A DNA stretch of 63,958 nt, the filler included, from Lenisia limosa (lineage: Eukaryota; Protista; Breviatea), in the NCBI GenBank assembly GCA_001655205.1. It is 15 parts of 15 records of this genome, joined end to end, with 100 filler letters (N's around TTAATTAATTAA, not from the genome) between each part and the next. Parts side by side here need not be neighbours in the genome. Positions count along the whole stretch, not along the records: positions 24,890 to 30,228 come from LPNZ01008712.1; positions 30,329 to 34,274 come from LPNZ01010961.1; positions 34,375 to 35,493 come from LPNZ01004083.1; positions 35,594 to 38,541 come from LPNZ01008527.1; positions 38,642 to 50,621 come from LPNZ01007948.1; 10 more parts are not named here. One strand, given 5' to 3'. Under the pieces are notes generated by a model that saw nothing but the letters and a program-made list of their open reading frames with translations, did no database searches and was not told the DNA's origin. The position numbers and the translations under genes were made by a program. Position 1 is the first letter of the stretch. Each line of letters opens with the position of its first letter. Below, piece after piece: positions 26,905 to 41,600 of this stretch.

Positions 26905-29203
26905 TGTGTTATTTTCACTAGATGGGAAGAAACCCGGGCTGGCTAAAGCGGCTGCATCTCCACCAGCACAATATCCACCATAAGGGCAAGCCGGACACTC
27001 CCCACTAGCAGAACTGAAATAGCCCTTTATGGTAAGTGGGAGTTTTATGATAGCCCTTTATGGTAAGTGGGAGTTTTATAGGAGTGTAGTATGGTGATAT
27101 TTGCTGATCCGTTAGAATTGTTCCTGTCATTAGATATTTATTTCAAGAGCTTCACTTTCGGTTCCAAACGACAGGTAGAATACCGAAATTTAACAGGGAT
27201 TTCTTGAAAATTCAGTCTTTTTTGGAACCAAAAATAAAGCTCTTTTATGGATTTTCTTGCAAAAATAGCTTACCTCCAAACAGTAACAGTCGTTAATAGT
27301 GACGGAGATTGGATGGCTAGTTGTGGTGTTGGAGGGGCACTTGTTACATTCCGTTGCTTGATTCAAGATATCCCTAGATCATCAGAGAGGTTCATGAAAT
27401 CCGAGCTGTTGCTGCTCTATTTGACGGATGATGTTTCATGGGCAAAAATGATGTTGTTGTGAATTCAAAGATTCATATTATTTCTGGAATCTGATGATAC
27501 GTTTGGGGCGAATGAAACTCTCAATCATCAACTGGTCCATGATTATGCTGTCAAATGAAGCTCATTAATACTGATGTGAATCCAAGTTATTGTTTTGTGT
27601 ATATGCCTTTTGGGCAAAGAAACTCATTCAAGAGACCAATACACATGACCCTCCTTACGTGTATGTGCCTATGGGGCAAGGCTGGCATAACTGTGCCTTT
27701 TCCTTTGGGCTGAAGTAATAGCCGGGGAGGCAGGCGCATTGATGTTCGCCATCAACCTTGAAAGAGTGAGCATATCATATGAAGATATGATGTAGTTGAC
27801 TTACTTAATTCATCAGCATAGAGTTTGTAAGTAAAAGGAGTAGAACAAAAGTTTGACATTAATGGCATATAACGTGTATAACCCCCCCCACACAAAAATA
27901 ATATAAAATAACAGACAGAAGCACAAAAACAATCCGCCACTCCACTCACAACGGCTGCAACCATGCCTGATTGACACGTGCAGTTTTTGGCTGACGTGGA
28001 GGCTGGGGGAGTAAAAAAACAAAAAAAAATAAGGGGGGGATTTATGAAAAAAAAAAAAAAAANNNNNNNNNNNNNNNNNNNNNNNNNNNNNNNNNNNNNN
28101 NNNNNNNNNNNNNNNNNNNNNNNNNNNNNNNNNNNNNNNNNNNNNNNNCTCTGTTGGCTGAGAACACATGAGTGTTGAGAATAACAAAACAAACAAATAA
28201 GAAGTGTGGGCGTGGGAACACGGTAATTTGTCTTTATGGTATACCTTTCTTACTTATAACCTTTTGGAATAAATGTACATGTACATATATGATATAGTAT
28301 ATTATTTCTTGTTCAAATAAATTATGAAAACAAAAAGCCCAGAATCAACTCTGTGAGAAAGATATGTAGTATGATATCTCATCCCCCTCCACCCATTACC
28401 AATATCACAATCAACATCCTCCCTCCACCCAGCATCTACACATTAGCCCTTTGAGCAAACCTTCAGCAGAGGTACTTTGAAGGGCCAAAGGGCACTGTGA
28501 ACACGGCTGACGGCCAGACGAGGGTTTGTAAGTACCTAGGGCGCACGGAGAACACAGGATCCCGGATTCAGACTATGCCGTGAGTGGCATTCGTCCATGA
28601 TATTTCGAGACATAGTTTTAGAGCATAATTTTCCGAACAGATAAACAAGCCGACAACCCAAGTGAAGCAACAACCCCCCACTTCAACTTCTTGATAGCCG
28701 GGCCTGCAGACACAAGAAAGGTCAGACCTGCGCAAGTGAATCAAATAATCAAACACATTTTGAAAGTCAAATAATCAAGTACATTTAGGTATTCAAGTCA
28801 TCTAAAGAGAGCAGCTAAGTGGAGGGAGGATAGATGGGGAGGAGATAAATGAGAGAAGGGGGGAGAGCCTACACGTCATTTTCCTGTACGAAAGGTGTCA
28901 TACAAGCGCATTGGTCATAGGACGCAGCCCCTGCAAGACTCGTGGATAGGTGGGGGCATGGGTCACACGGATCAAAGGATGCTGTCGGCTTGAAGGTCCT
29001 GGGATATTATAGGATGAGATGAGATAAACAAGATTGTATCCGGTCGAAGCCATCCACGCAATTATCCCATTTAAAGTATCATACAGTATCAATAAACAAT
29101 ATTTTCACAATTAATAATACCCTCTTTTAGAACTTGCATAAGCAGCCATCAACTCACCCAGATTGGCAAGTTCGACATGTCAAGTCTCCATCGTAGGTAT
29201 AGC
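26905..29203 (-). CDS. Cys-rich ephrin-receptor-like (GCC2/GCC3-type) repeat surface protein, internal fragment
   Basis: Exons GYTYDGDLTCRTCQSG / TFKPTASFDPCDPCPHLSTSLAGAASYDQCAC / LSCVCRPGYQEVE / GILCSPCALGTYKPSSGRQPCSQCP / STSAKNCTCQSGM / CQPCPIGTY / CNKCPSNTTT..DCYCLE / GYFSSASGECPACPYVGYCAGG..PGFF. Repeated CxxCxxGTY(K)..CxxCP..CxC pattern. Confidence 0.8.
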
Positions 29204-30539
29204 CTGGGGAGTAATGGGAAAAGGGGGCGGGGGGGGGGGGNNNNNNNNNNNNNNNNNNNNNNNNNNNNNNNNNNNNNNNNNNNNNNNNNNNNNNNNNNNN
29301 NCCCTACATATTTATTTGTTTCCCTTTTTTAATGTGAAATATTTCTCTTGTTCAAAAAAAAATAATTGTTGTTTAGTATTAGAAGAAATAAGAAATGACA
29401 ATCTTAGAGTATCTGGCACTCGGGTTGCCATATTTTTTTAAACATAATCATTATATTTATCTTAAGATTGTCTTTAAGGTATTTCCTTCCTCCTCCAAAA
29501 AAGCAAACCTGGTGGGTATTTTATATTTATACCTAGCTGAGTGATAATTTATGTATATTTATTACTACCAATTGAGTGTGTAGTAATATCTCCTGGGGCA
29601 CTTGAATGTGAATTTTTATCCATGCCTAGTGGTTGGGCACTTTAATATCTATACGGGGGACACGTTAATGTAATATTTACTATTAACTGTTGTGATGCAT
29701 TTCTACATGATAAATGTATATATTACATATGATACACTACGCACATGGGGGGGGGGGGGANNNNNNNNNNNNNNNNNNNNNNNNNNNNNNNNNNNNNNNN
29801 NNNNNNNNNNNNNNNNNNNNNNNNNNNNNNNNNNNNNNNNNNNNNNNNNNNNNNNNNNNNNNNNNNNNNNNNNNGAGTTTGCAATAATGCTGTGACAGGG
29901 GGCTGTGAAAATTGGCGTCTTTGTGGTTAGTGAATGTCAAGTCTTATCTTCTCTCTGATTAGGACTGATTATATATCGATATTAACATTTATTTTGTTTG
30001 TCGGGGATTCTTTGGGAGTAGAGAAGACGGATACACTGCCGCATAACAACCCCTCCAACCAGGACCAATCTTGATGAAGGCGGGTCACTGAAGAACTCAA
30101 GCTAAAACATAATTTACTGTCTCGAATTGAAATTTTTAAATAGCCCCTGACACATGGTAGTATTCCAATATAGTACAGCTATAATACATTATATAGTATA
30201 CTATGTACATGATATATGTAATAAAATANNNNNNNNNNNNNNNNNNNNNNNNNNNNNNNNNNNNNNNNNNNNTTAATTAATTAANNNNNNNNNNNNNNNN
30301 NNNNNNNNNNNNNNNNNNNNNNNNNNNNGAGTTGCTGTCTGTGATCTCAAGGTGGTCCACCTCCGTAAGGGGGGAAGAAACTGAATGCTGGTCAAACTAT
30401 TGCAATATTATAAATATCGGGGGGGGGGGTGCCATGTGAATTGGTCATCTATGAATATGAAAGAAAAGAAGCCACGCAGCCCTAAAGAGGCTCAGGTGTA
30501 TCATTAGAAGCATTCGAATCGAAATAGTATCTGAAAAGC

Positions 30540-32990
30540 TCAGTATACTTTCAAAGTTAATTCAACAGAAACAAAAGTCCCAAAGGACTCCTTCATACAC
30601 TTCACGGATTCGACTTTAGACGACCCTGTGATGAAGACAGCATCAACCTTGCTGACTGCCCCCGAAATATGGACGGACCTGAGAGCCGCTGGGAGGTGAA
30701 GTTGGAGAACTTTGAAGCAAAAAAAAAAGCCCAAAATCAACTCTGTTGACTAGCAACACACGAGCGTTAGGAACAACAAAACAAACCCCAGGCTGGTTAC
30801 TGTTTTTGAATCGAAAAACAAAAGGTTGAAGAAAACCCAAGATAACTCAAAATATCAAACCGATACGAACCAGGGAGGTGGGGGGGGGGTAACAGGAAGT
30901 ACGGCACCGCCAACCATTTTGCCTGAATTTGACGATTGACATTTCGGTCGAAGCAACGCTAAAATCAGCTGTGCCCACCACTGAGTTGATCTCAACAATA
31001 AGTCCTGGGGGGAGGGCAATGATCTCAACAATAAGTCTTGGGAGGAGTAAAAGGAATATAATTTAAAAAACCAAAAAACACAAAATCGTGTGGTGAGGGG
31101 TAAATTTTACCGCATGTAACTCCTAAAACTGTACTATTTCGACAGACTGAGGCCCAGTTCACAGCCACATTGATATGTACCTTGGGCTTCACTTCGGTTC
31201 GAAAAAGACCGGCAAAATATCGATAGTTTTCGAAAGTTTATCGAGCAATTCTCTCTTTTTTTGAACCAAAGTAAAGCCCTAGGTGTACCCCTTTACCCAA
31301 CAAACCTCCCAAGGCAGTCAGACCGCTCAAAGCATTGAGGGTCGTCAGCTTGGTGTCAAGAATAGACAACACGCCGGTAACGGACGAGGCTGAAGCGAAT
31401 AAAAGGATTTCATAACCAATGTGTAATCAGTCAAAGACAAACAAGTGGTTTCATTATTAGGAAAATATTGATATTTTACAGGGCAATGGTAAAAACCTAT
31501 TCATCATTGTTCATCGTAGAAATTCAAAAAAAAACAAGTTGGTTCATTTGCACATTTTAAGCCGCTTACTTGGAAGCGGTGTCAGTGTACGGAAAGCACC
31601 TACGATGTCAGAAATAGCATTTAACATAAAACCAAACTGTTTTAAGTGTGAATATTCGTTTAGATAAGCATAAGAAGTCACCCCCCCCCCCACGTGAGTC
31701 TATGTAAAAGTTCTCAACAGTCTCAATATAGAACCCGTCAAAGTGCTCAAAATTATCACAAGACGAAACTAAAAAGGTAATTGCACAACAGAGTGAAGTT
31801 CAGTCAAAAAAAAAGTTAAAATTAAATCCATGTCAAAAGGCAGAACACCCCGCCAACCGGTTACATTAGTAACCGAAATTGTGGTCAAATTAATGGAGGG
31901 AATCGTAGCAGTTTGCAATGAACTAAGGACCAGGTTATCAAGTCGCGTAAAGGACTCCAAAGCACTCAGGTCCGTGACATTACAGGCTAAACAGTGATAA
32001 AGATCCAAAAAACATATTAATAGGATCATTCCAGGATTATTCTGAATCCGACTCATTCTAATCTTGGTTGACTATTATTTAAGTACAAATAAAATAATAT
32101 TATCATACCACCATCTATCATATATATGTAGCTATATATATTTTTATCTGTATCAAAAATGCGATCTCCAGACTGGAGAAAATAAAAGACCAAAAAGCCC
32201 AACCATTAATTTCGATCGCGTCAGCCTCCAGCATATTTGACAGAAAAGACAGATCGCTGATAAAAAGCTCTGTAGTAGTTAATCGTGAGTACTGGCAAGT
32301 ATAATATATCAATAAACACTAGGAGGCGATTATACAAACCTGCAACTTAGCAGCCTACCTTGCAAAGTAAGACTTTTAACACTAGTCAGCAACATCAGGG
32401 GCATCATGTCAGTTATACCAGCGCCAGACACGGTAACCGATTCTGTCGTGAACGATGTACATGATGCAAGATCAATAAGATCGTTTTGGATGGAAATCAC
32501 AGCAGCTGGGGCACATGGTATTCCTATTTTATTAAGACTTGTACCATATACGATGTAACGGGGGAGGGAACAAGCTACCCCCCCCCCCCCNNNNNNNNNN
32601 NNNNNNNNNNNNNNNNNNNNNNNNNNNNNNNNNNNNNNNNNNNNNNNNNNNNNNNNNNNNNNNNNNNNNNNNNNNACCATGTTCTATGTTCACTTGTGTG
32701 CTATTTTTGAATCATTGTGTTTTAAATTCGTCAAATAGTGTGTCTCAAAAGCTAATCTCCAAAAGTGAAGACTGAACTTCTTTGTATGAAAACAAGGGTT
32801 GTCAATGCCGATCTGCTCGTCTTACCCACAAACCTGATACAAAGTTCAGGAAAACCGCGACAAAGGCAACGAAAAAGACAAAAAGCCTCATGGTAGCTTC
32901 GACAGATGCTCCTAGGCCTGTCAAGATCTGAACCAAATCTCAAAGAGATGCGGAGATGATCGGAAATGATTTTCCCGGCCTTGCCCAACC
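30540..32990 (-). CDS. Leucine-rich-repeat protein (ITDLSxL-type repeats), partial
   Basis: Exons SGAGITDMMPLMLLTSVKSLTLQG, LFISDLSFLSNML, CNVTDLSALESFTRLDNLVLSSL, GLIVEINSVVGTADF. Terminal exon VLQLHLP..ELTLKVY, TGA near 30540. Confidence 0.6.
31182..31281. mobile_element. MITE family A copy
   Basis: GGGCTTCACTTCGGTTCGAAAAAGACC...GAACCAAAGTAAAGCCCTA; flanks TATGTACC / GGTGTACC. Confidence 0.85.
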
Positions 32991-33519
32991 TTCAGTCCTG
33001 CTGTCAAATTGTTTCCGCAATAACCAAGGCAAAGAGCAGTGGAAGAAGGCCGATTCTCCTCTTCTTTTCAGAGAATACTTGGAATGAAAGTGGTCCTGAC
33101 GGAAGGTTGTCACATTCTTTCTTTATAGCTTTGCTGACGTTTCAGAAAGTTAATGCGTGAATAGAAAAAGGGAAAAAGGAAAGAAAAACACATTGTTAAA
33201 AGGGGGAGAGCCGAGCGGAGCCGTGACGTCAAGCGAAATGGAATCATACTCTCCTCTCCTCTACTCTTTCGTTTCATTCCATTATTAAACAGTTCTTCCA
33301 TTCGATGATGCATGTATGATACATCAACCATGTCCACGGTATATCCATGTCTCAAACAACAAAACAACTAAATAAAAAACATTGTTACAGATTAGAACAA
33401 TCAATAGTATATCATGTCACTACAAATCTCAAACAAGTTCACAGAGGATAAAAAGTCTCTATTGCAAATTACGAACACCAACAACAAGGAACTACACACG
33501 CTTCTTCTTGGCAGCAATA

Positions 33520-34100
33520 TGAGACACGGCACCAAACAACAAGCCAAGATCGGTAGACATCTCCAGCTGCCTGTTCACAGTGTCTTGGAGTTGCTTGAGG
33601 AGGGGGTAACACTCCTCAGTTGACACGAAGGTCGCGAAGCCAGCATCGATAAGCTGTGACGCCCATGAAATTGTGGCGGCGTAGGACAGCGTGCGACCCT
33701 GTGACGGTTATATGCGAATGTGCAGTATAAAAATGTAATTAAATCTGTGAAATGGACCAAAGACATACCCATTGGAACATTTGAAATCAGGAAAGGTCGG
33801 GAACAAATGAGGGAAATATACAACACAAGGTTCCATAGAATAAAAAAAAAAGCAGCCAAGTTCTATGGCAGGGGGGGGGGGGNNNNNNNNNNNNNNNNNN
33901 NNNNNNNNNNNNNNNNNNNNNNNNNNNNNNNNNNNNNNNNNNNNNNNNNNNNNNNNNNNNNNNNNNNNNNNNNNNNNNNNNNNNNNNNNNNNNNAGAAAT
34001 GGCATACCACGTGGAACTTGTCAATAACAGACTTTGGCAACTTCTCGTGTCGGAGGAGCCACTTTTGGACGAGTCTCAGGAGAGAAAACAACTAAGACGG
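33520..34100 (-). CDS. Hypothetical protein fragment (may or may not belong to the LRR gene)
   Basis: Open exons RLVQKWLLRHEKLPKSVIDKFHV and GRTLSYAATISWASQLIDAGFATFVSTEECYPLLKQLQDTVNRQLEM with GT/AG borders. Confidence 0.35.
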
Positions 34101-34936
34101 TGACAATGATGTTGCTCGAGTCCCAAACATGATAAAACACATCAAAAAGATGGTCAAAAAGGACTGGACATTGCGAGACTCCATGGAAATTATCTCGATA
34201 ATATACGATTGAAGTGACGCCATTCAAGGCCCCAGCGCCCCCCCCCTCCCTCCCCACCTCTCCAGGGGAAAGCTNNNNNNNNNNNNNNNNNNNNNNNNNN
34301 NNNNNNNNNNNNNNNNNNTTAATTAATTAANNNNNNNNNNNNNNNNNNNNNNNNNNNNNNNNNNNNNNNNNNNNGCCTTGGTAATGATGGGAGTGAGGTG
34401 AGTTTCCCAGACGTTCTTCTCAACATGCATGTCAACGACATCGTAGAAATTCGGGGCTGATTTTCGACCGAGGGAACATAAAAAAAATACTCCCGATTCT
34501 GTCCTAAAAGTTCCTTGAAGATAGCAGGTATCATCTTCAAAATAAAAAAAAACTTGACCGACAAATACTCGAGCTTTCGTGAAAATATGTGTAAACTACA
34601 GAAAAAAAGAGCAGGAGTGAGAAGCGCTTTATTTTGCAAATTGGGAAAATTAGAAATGGTCCAAATACGAGATGAATATGAAAAAACGATGTTCAGGAGC
34701 CCGACAATAAGCACTTAGCTGTATTTAGCTCATTTTGTACATAGCAAAATATATTTTAGCTAAATACCGTTTTGTACTTCACTAAATCCTGCTCGGAAAT
34801 AATCTAAATACAATTTTTATTTATTTATTTTTCTTAATCTAGATGCTTTTACGCTTTTACCTCCAGGCTTCGATTTAGCTCCAAAACACCCAATAATATA
34901 TAAGTACAAATGAGCTAACTTTTCAGGTCATTTTCA

Positions 34937-35406
<470 letters not shown>

Positions 35407-35717
35407 TGTTTCTATGTTGAATATTACCTTTCGGGGGGGTGACCCTGGTGCCGGGCGGGCCACAAAAATGACAGGGGTCAATATGATAAACCTNNNNNNN
35501 NNNNNNNNNNNNNNNNNNNNNNNNNNNNNNNNNNNNNTTAATTAATTAANNNNNNNNNNNNNNNNNNNNNNNNNNNNNNNNNNNNNNNNNNNNATTTTTT
35601 CGAAAAAATATCACATTTCCAAAAAATATCACATTTCTGGACTCTACAGATATGTAAAACCAAGATACCATAAGTCCTGCTTTGATATTTGTAAAACCAA
35701 GATAATAAAGTCCTGAC

Positions 35718-38541
35718 CTTGCACTTCTTCTTGACATCACGCCATTCGTCTTGGAAGTCGGGGTTCTTGGCAAACTTGCGTAGGCCTTGGAGGTCGTCCT
35801 ATGTAATGAGTAGGGAAATCATTAGACTGTACATTGGCACTGTGCATTGGCTTGATACGGGAATTCAAGGAGAGTAGACACAATTCCAGTAGACCCCCCC
35901 ACAAGGTTATTGACCCAGGCAGAGCTTTCAAGCCAGTCGGTGCACAGATCGCTGAGTCCGGGGTTGGCCTGGGAGAACAATGAATCAAAATTCTGAAATA
36001 AAAATATTTCTACAATAACATGTGCTATTTCAACCGACCTGGAAGAACCATCTTCTGGGGGTGACACCGTTAGTCTTGTTCTGGAACTTCTGTGGCCACA
36101 TTTCATAGAAGATGGGGAAGATCTGGGTGATTGAGAACGACTACTCGACGAAAAGCCATATCTAGAGAAATGACCACAGTGCATACCTTGTCCTTGAGGA
36201 GCTGGCTGTGGATTTCAGCAACACCGTTGATGGAGTGAGAGCCGACAATTGACATGTTGGCCATGCGGACAGCCTTGCCGCCCTCCTCTTGGATGAGTGA
36301 CAGGGCTCGAATCTTGTTCTCATCGGTGATACCATGTCTGCGGGGGGGGGGGGGGGGGGNNNNNNNNNNNNNNNNNNNNNNNNNNNNNNNNNNNNNNNNN
36401 NNNNNNNNNNNNNNNNNNNNNNNNNNNNNNNNNNNNNNNNNNNNNNNNNNNNNNNNNNNNNNNNNNNNNNNNNNNNNNCTCAAACACCACATACGCCTTG
36501 ACGTCCTCGAGGAATTCGTGGTTGATTCTGTAGATGATCTGCATATGGCGGGGGAGAAGGTGGGTCAGAAGCTCGACACTCCACTTCTCAAGGGCCTTAG
36601 GGGGTGAAAACAAGCAGACATGATGCGTTTGAGATCAGAGCAGCAAAAAGAATCAATCAACGCCTGACTCAACCGAAACAGCAAAATAGGCCCCATGACA
36701 GACCTCGGGGAGGACAGTGTGGTTAGTGAAGGCAAAGGTCTTGCGGGTGATGTTCCAGGCATCGTCCCATTCGAGCTGAAAGATGAGACCGGCGGGATAT
36801 GAATAGGAGTTTGAATTGTCGATTTATGGTTGAATTGATTGTCAAAGAAATAATCGAGAGGGAGGCTTGCCAAGCCTACTCCTTCCTCGTCAACAAGCAT
36901 TCTCATTAGCTCGGGGATACCAATAGAGGGGTGAGTGTCGTTGAGCTGGACAGCAACCTAATGCGGTCAGGAACAGGTTGAAAGAATGGCATTCCATCCC
37001 ACTTGAAAACATTCCAAATTTCAAAATGCCACCTTCGCCCACCTGAGAGTTGAGATCAGTGAGGGGGCGCTTAGAGCGCTTGAAGCGACGGAGAATGTCG
37101 CGCAGGGTGGCACTGACAAAGAAGTACTGGGGATGGTTAAAGATAAGAAACGATCTTTTTATATACTGAAAAATCACTGGACAAAACCCAGATCAGGATG
37201 CCCTTCCGTACCTGTTGCTTGAGACGGAGCTCCTTGCCGACTTGGGTGTTGTCGTTGGGATAAAGGACAAGGGCAATGTTCTCTGAACGCTGCTTAGCCT
37301 ATGGGGGTGAGATCATGCACATGGTGCACAAATGGCCCGACACCACAAATTAAAATGTGCTTTATGACATGTTATACACCGAATTCTAAACCAAGTAGTG
37401 GGCAAACCTCAATAGCCTTGTAGTAGTCACCCTCATTGAAGGAGTTGAAGTCGAATTCCTTGGTGTGAGACGAAAAAGAGAAAATGACAAATATAACGGG
37501 ATGTTAAAGGACGAAGAAGCACCTTGCGCGGTATCACAAAAAACGTGTATATTACACACCTTGGAAGGCTTAGAGCCCCAGAGTCTGAGGTTGATAGTGT
37601 TGATGGTGTCGAAGCCGGGAATAGGGACATCGTAGGCAATGGCTTGGACCTGGGGGGGGGGGGGNNNNNNNNNNNNNNNNNNNNNNNNNNNNNNNNNNNN
37701 NNNNNNNNNNNNNNNNNNNNNNNNNNNNNNNTAATACACAGGAGGGTGCTCCTAAGTAGGGAGAAACTACAGAGGAGAGAACCTTATTTTAGCCAGACAA
37801 GAGAAGAACCGAATCCCCCGTACGACTTCGCCACCGCGCCACACAGACTTGCCATCGGAGGTCTCAGTCACGTTTCCGTAGAAGCGGACGGGGTAGAGAA
37901 TGTCATTGCGGGGAATCTGCAGGAGTTATATGCTTGTTCAAAGATGGCTGGTCCAAATATACTGAAAAACAATAGTAACCCTTTTGACACTATATTGTTA
38001 TATTTATGTAAAAAAAATAAAAAAAAAATAGTTTAAAATAGTTCAAAATACGAAAATAATAACAATAGAAGTAAAAAGACAAGATAAACACTCGTACCTC
38101 CCAAGGGTTGCCGTATTGGAGCCAATAATCAGGGTCCTCTCTTTGGTAGCCGTCAACAATGTGCTGCTTGAACATGCCGTATTGATAGCGGATTCCGTAG
38201 CCCCATCCCTAGGTAGTTAGACGGGGAGAGGGGTTTTTATGCCCAGAAGAAGAACGAAGAATAGCCACAGAACCCAGACGTACGGGGAAGTTGCAGGTGG
38301 CAATGGAGTCGAGGAAGCAGGCCGCAAGACGTCCGAGTCCACCGTTGCCGAGAGCCGCATCAGTCTCCTCATCATAGAGGTCCTGGGAGGGGGGGGTTAC
38401 GAATCAGAGGGGAGGTGAAGAGGAATTTATTGAGAGAGTTGAGGACCACCTCAAGGCTGTAGCCGAGGTCGCGGAGAGATCTGCCGAACTCCTCTTCCAG
38501 GCCGATATTCAGGAGAGCGTTTTGAAGGGATCTGCGAAGAG
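35718..38541 (-). CDS. glgP: Glycogen/starch phosphorylase (GT35), internal fragment, about 13 exons
   Basis: [19 protein letters not shown] / [29 protein letters not shown] / [15 protein letters not shown] / [14 protein letters not shown] / [15 protein letters not shown] / [10 protein letters not shown] / [10 protein letters not shown] / ALEKW / [16 protein letters not shown] / [14 protein letters not shown]. Confidence 0.97.
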
Positions 38542-38676
38542 NNNNNNNNNNNNNNNNNNNNNNNNNNNNNNNNNNNNNNNNNNNNTTAATTAATTAANNN
38601 NNNNNNNNNNNNNNNNNNNNNNNNNNNNNNNNNNNNNNNNNGTTCTGAAGATCGTATGAATGTTTTTGACCCTTCA

Positions 38677-41600
38677 GAGCTGTTGAACTTGAGCGAGTTC
38701 GGAAGGACCTTAGCGAATCTCGCGCCCAGGCTTCTGAGGTTGGTCAATTCGACCTGGGGAAAGAATAGAGACACAGCTTTATATTAGAAACACAAAACGA
38801 ATACCTTACGTTTCTGTTTACTTGTCAGGCTCGAGAAGCAGCCCTCCGAGCCGAGTCCGACGCCAATATTGAGTCCGATCGAGCTGACGTGGCCAACGCT
38901 GAAATCGGCCTCCTGCAGTCTAGTGTCAACCAGCTACAGAGCCGGCTGGAGGAGGAGAGAGCCAGCCGACTTGAGCTGCAGGAGAAGCACAGCACTGCCA
39001 CTGCGGAGTTGAAGGAGACCACGGGCCGGCTTGAGGACCTTAAATCCATCCAAGCCGAATTGGATTCGTCCATAATGAAAACGTCGGAGGAACTGTCGGT
39101 GGCGCAGAACGAACTGAACTCCACCGTCATGTCCCGTGCCGAGATTGAGGACGAGGCTGTCGCTGCCCAGTCCATGATTTCAGAACTTCAGGAGGTACAT
39201 TGGGTGGTTCCTACATCAATCATATGTTTTAATGGAAGACTGATGTAATAACCTCAATAATAAATAATTATCCTTATAAATGTTGATGGCTTCAGCCAGA
39301 CACCACCTTTTATGTGGCTTCCACACCCAACATTTCAGACGTCTCACAACCTGTCATGCCTACTTGAGGAGAAAGCCGTCCTTGCTGACGACCTTCAAGG
39401 CCAACTCTCGGCAGTCACCGCTGAAGTCACCCAGTTGTTCGACTCTAAGACTGCTGTTGAGAATGATGCCGTTGACCTGGCTGAGAAGCTTCAGGATGTG
39501 AGCCTGGCAAAATGATTTTGGGCCCTCTCGAAAGAGGCTTGTTTCACCCCTTCAGGCTCTTAGTCAAATTGAGTCGCTTCGTGAGGCTTATGAGGAAAAT
39601 GAACAGGAAAAAATAGCTTCAAAACTCGTGGTAGGTGTCTTCAGCATTGCTCATATGAACACAAATTCAGGAAGAATCAACATAGCTCATATGAACACAA
39701 ATCCCAAGAATTAATATAGCTCATATGAACATACAAATCCCAAGAATCAAAGCTCATATGAAAACAAATCCAGCAATAATCAACATAACTTATATGAACA
39801 CCACAAATCCAGCAATAATGTTTGACCTTCCTCCCCCCAGGTGGACTCCCTCCGGGCCGACCTTGAAGAGCTGCAGACGGAATACGACAGCACAGCGTCA
39901 CGCGCCGCCGCACTTGCTGCCACAGTTGTGGAGCTCGAGGACAAGGTGGGATAGCGAGCCCGCAGAGTGCTTGATATAGGGCAATATATCATGTAGGATT
40001 CCAAGTCAAAGCAGCCCGGATGCAGTGCCTAGTAGATATGATTAAATAAAAGAAGAGAAAATTCAAATATCATACAATATAAATGGATGGCAGTTCATAT
40101 CATATCATTGCATGTAATATGATAGTAATTTCTAGCAACAGACCTTGACAAAGTAGGTCTTCCGCAGTAGTCGTGAGAAGTCCAGTGCCGAGACCAAGTC
40201 TTCCGAGGCTGCCATCAAGGTGCGCTATCTTTTGCCTGTTAGTCGGATGGGTTTGTTGACCCCCCAGGAAAGTATGATGCAGCGCCAGATAGACGATGCT
40301 GATGAGGCGCGACAGGTGGCCGAGTTAGCTCGGGCCGAGGCCTTCGGAACTGTTGCCGAAGGACAGCAGCAGGTTGGCCTTTACACTGGATTATACTCAA
40401 ATATCGACGCAAGATGTTCCGGATAATTCGGTTCCTTTTTTGCAAAAGAAGCGGAATTGTCACCCTCTAACTCTCAGGTGAGCAAGTTGTCACGTGACCT
40501 GGAAGCCTCTCGCCGTGCCGAGGTCGAGGCCACAGCCCGGGTGTCAGGCTTACAAGCCGAACTCCAAGCCGGTAGGACCGAGCCCCATGTTGAATATGTC
40601 AATGGTGATACTCGGGAGTTTTCCATTGTAACTGGCCATTAATTGCTTAGTCATGACACTGGTTGACGAGGCCGATAACGCGCGACGCGAATCAGTGCGC
40701 GCACGTGATGAGGCTGTTGCCGCCAACGGAAAGTGGGTGGACTGTCAAATTTACTATTTCTGTTGTAATATCAAGGATGTACTTCCAGGGCCGTTTTTCC
40801 CTCATGAAGCCCTTTGACCTAGTAGACACCAGCGGGAGGCCCGGCTGCTTCAGGCCGAGCTTGAGGGCAGCAACACTCGGATCGGAGTTCTGGAGGCCGA
40901 GGCCACCCAGCTCACTACCGTGTTGGAGAAACTCAGAAACGACAGCTCTGCTACGGAGTTCAAGCTCAAAAACAGGTGCGAATGTTCATAGGGCTGTATT
41001 GTATTCATTGTTTACCGAATCGTTATCTTACGGATTCAGTGAGACGTTGGCCAAGAAACAAGAAGCTCTCTTCAAGCACGAAGCTGAGGCTGTCTCTGCT
41101 CTTACTCTGGAACTCGAGACTGCTCGCCAGCAGGCTGAACGAGTTGGGAGGGGTGTAGAATGTTGTTTGTCTATCTTGCATTATGCCGTTTGATTGGATC
41201 ATCTTGGGCTTGGCTTTACTGACACCGTAGAACGAGGCTGCCACCTCCACTCTCCAAGAGGAAGTCCAACAAGCCCATCAGGTGGGGGGGTTTATTTTTT
41301 GGGGGAAATCATTCTTGTTATTTGGTCAAGCAAAGAGCTTTTCTGTGGAATTTAGCCCCCCCTCCCCCTCGCCACCTCTTTTCTCAAATATTCGCGTTTT
41401 GTTTGACAAATCACCCCGTGACCCCCCACCCAGAAAGTTGAGAGTCTGGAGGCAGCTCTGGAGACACAGACACAGCTCACCAGCGACGCACGGGACAGTG
41501 CTGCCCAAAGTGACTCGGCATGCAAGGACCTCAGGAAGTCTTCGGCCGAACTGGTGGACCAGGTTTGAGGCTTCAGGTGTCGTATTTTTCCTTTAATCAT

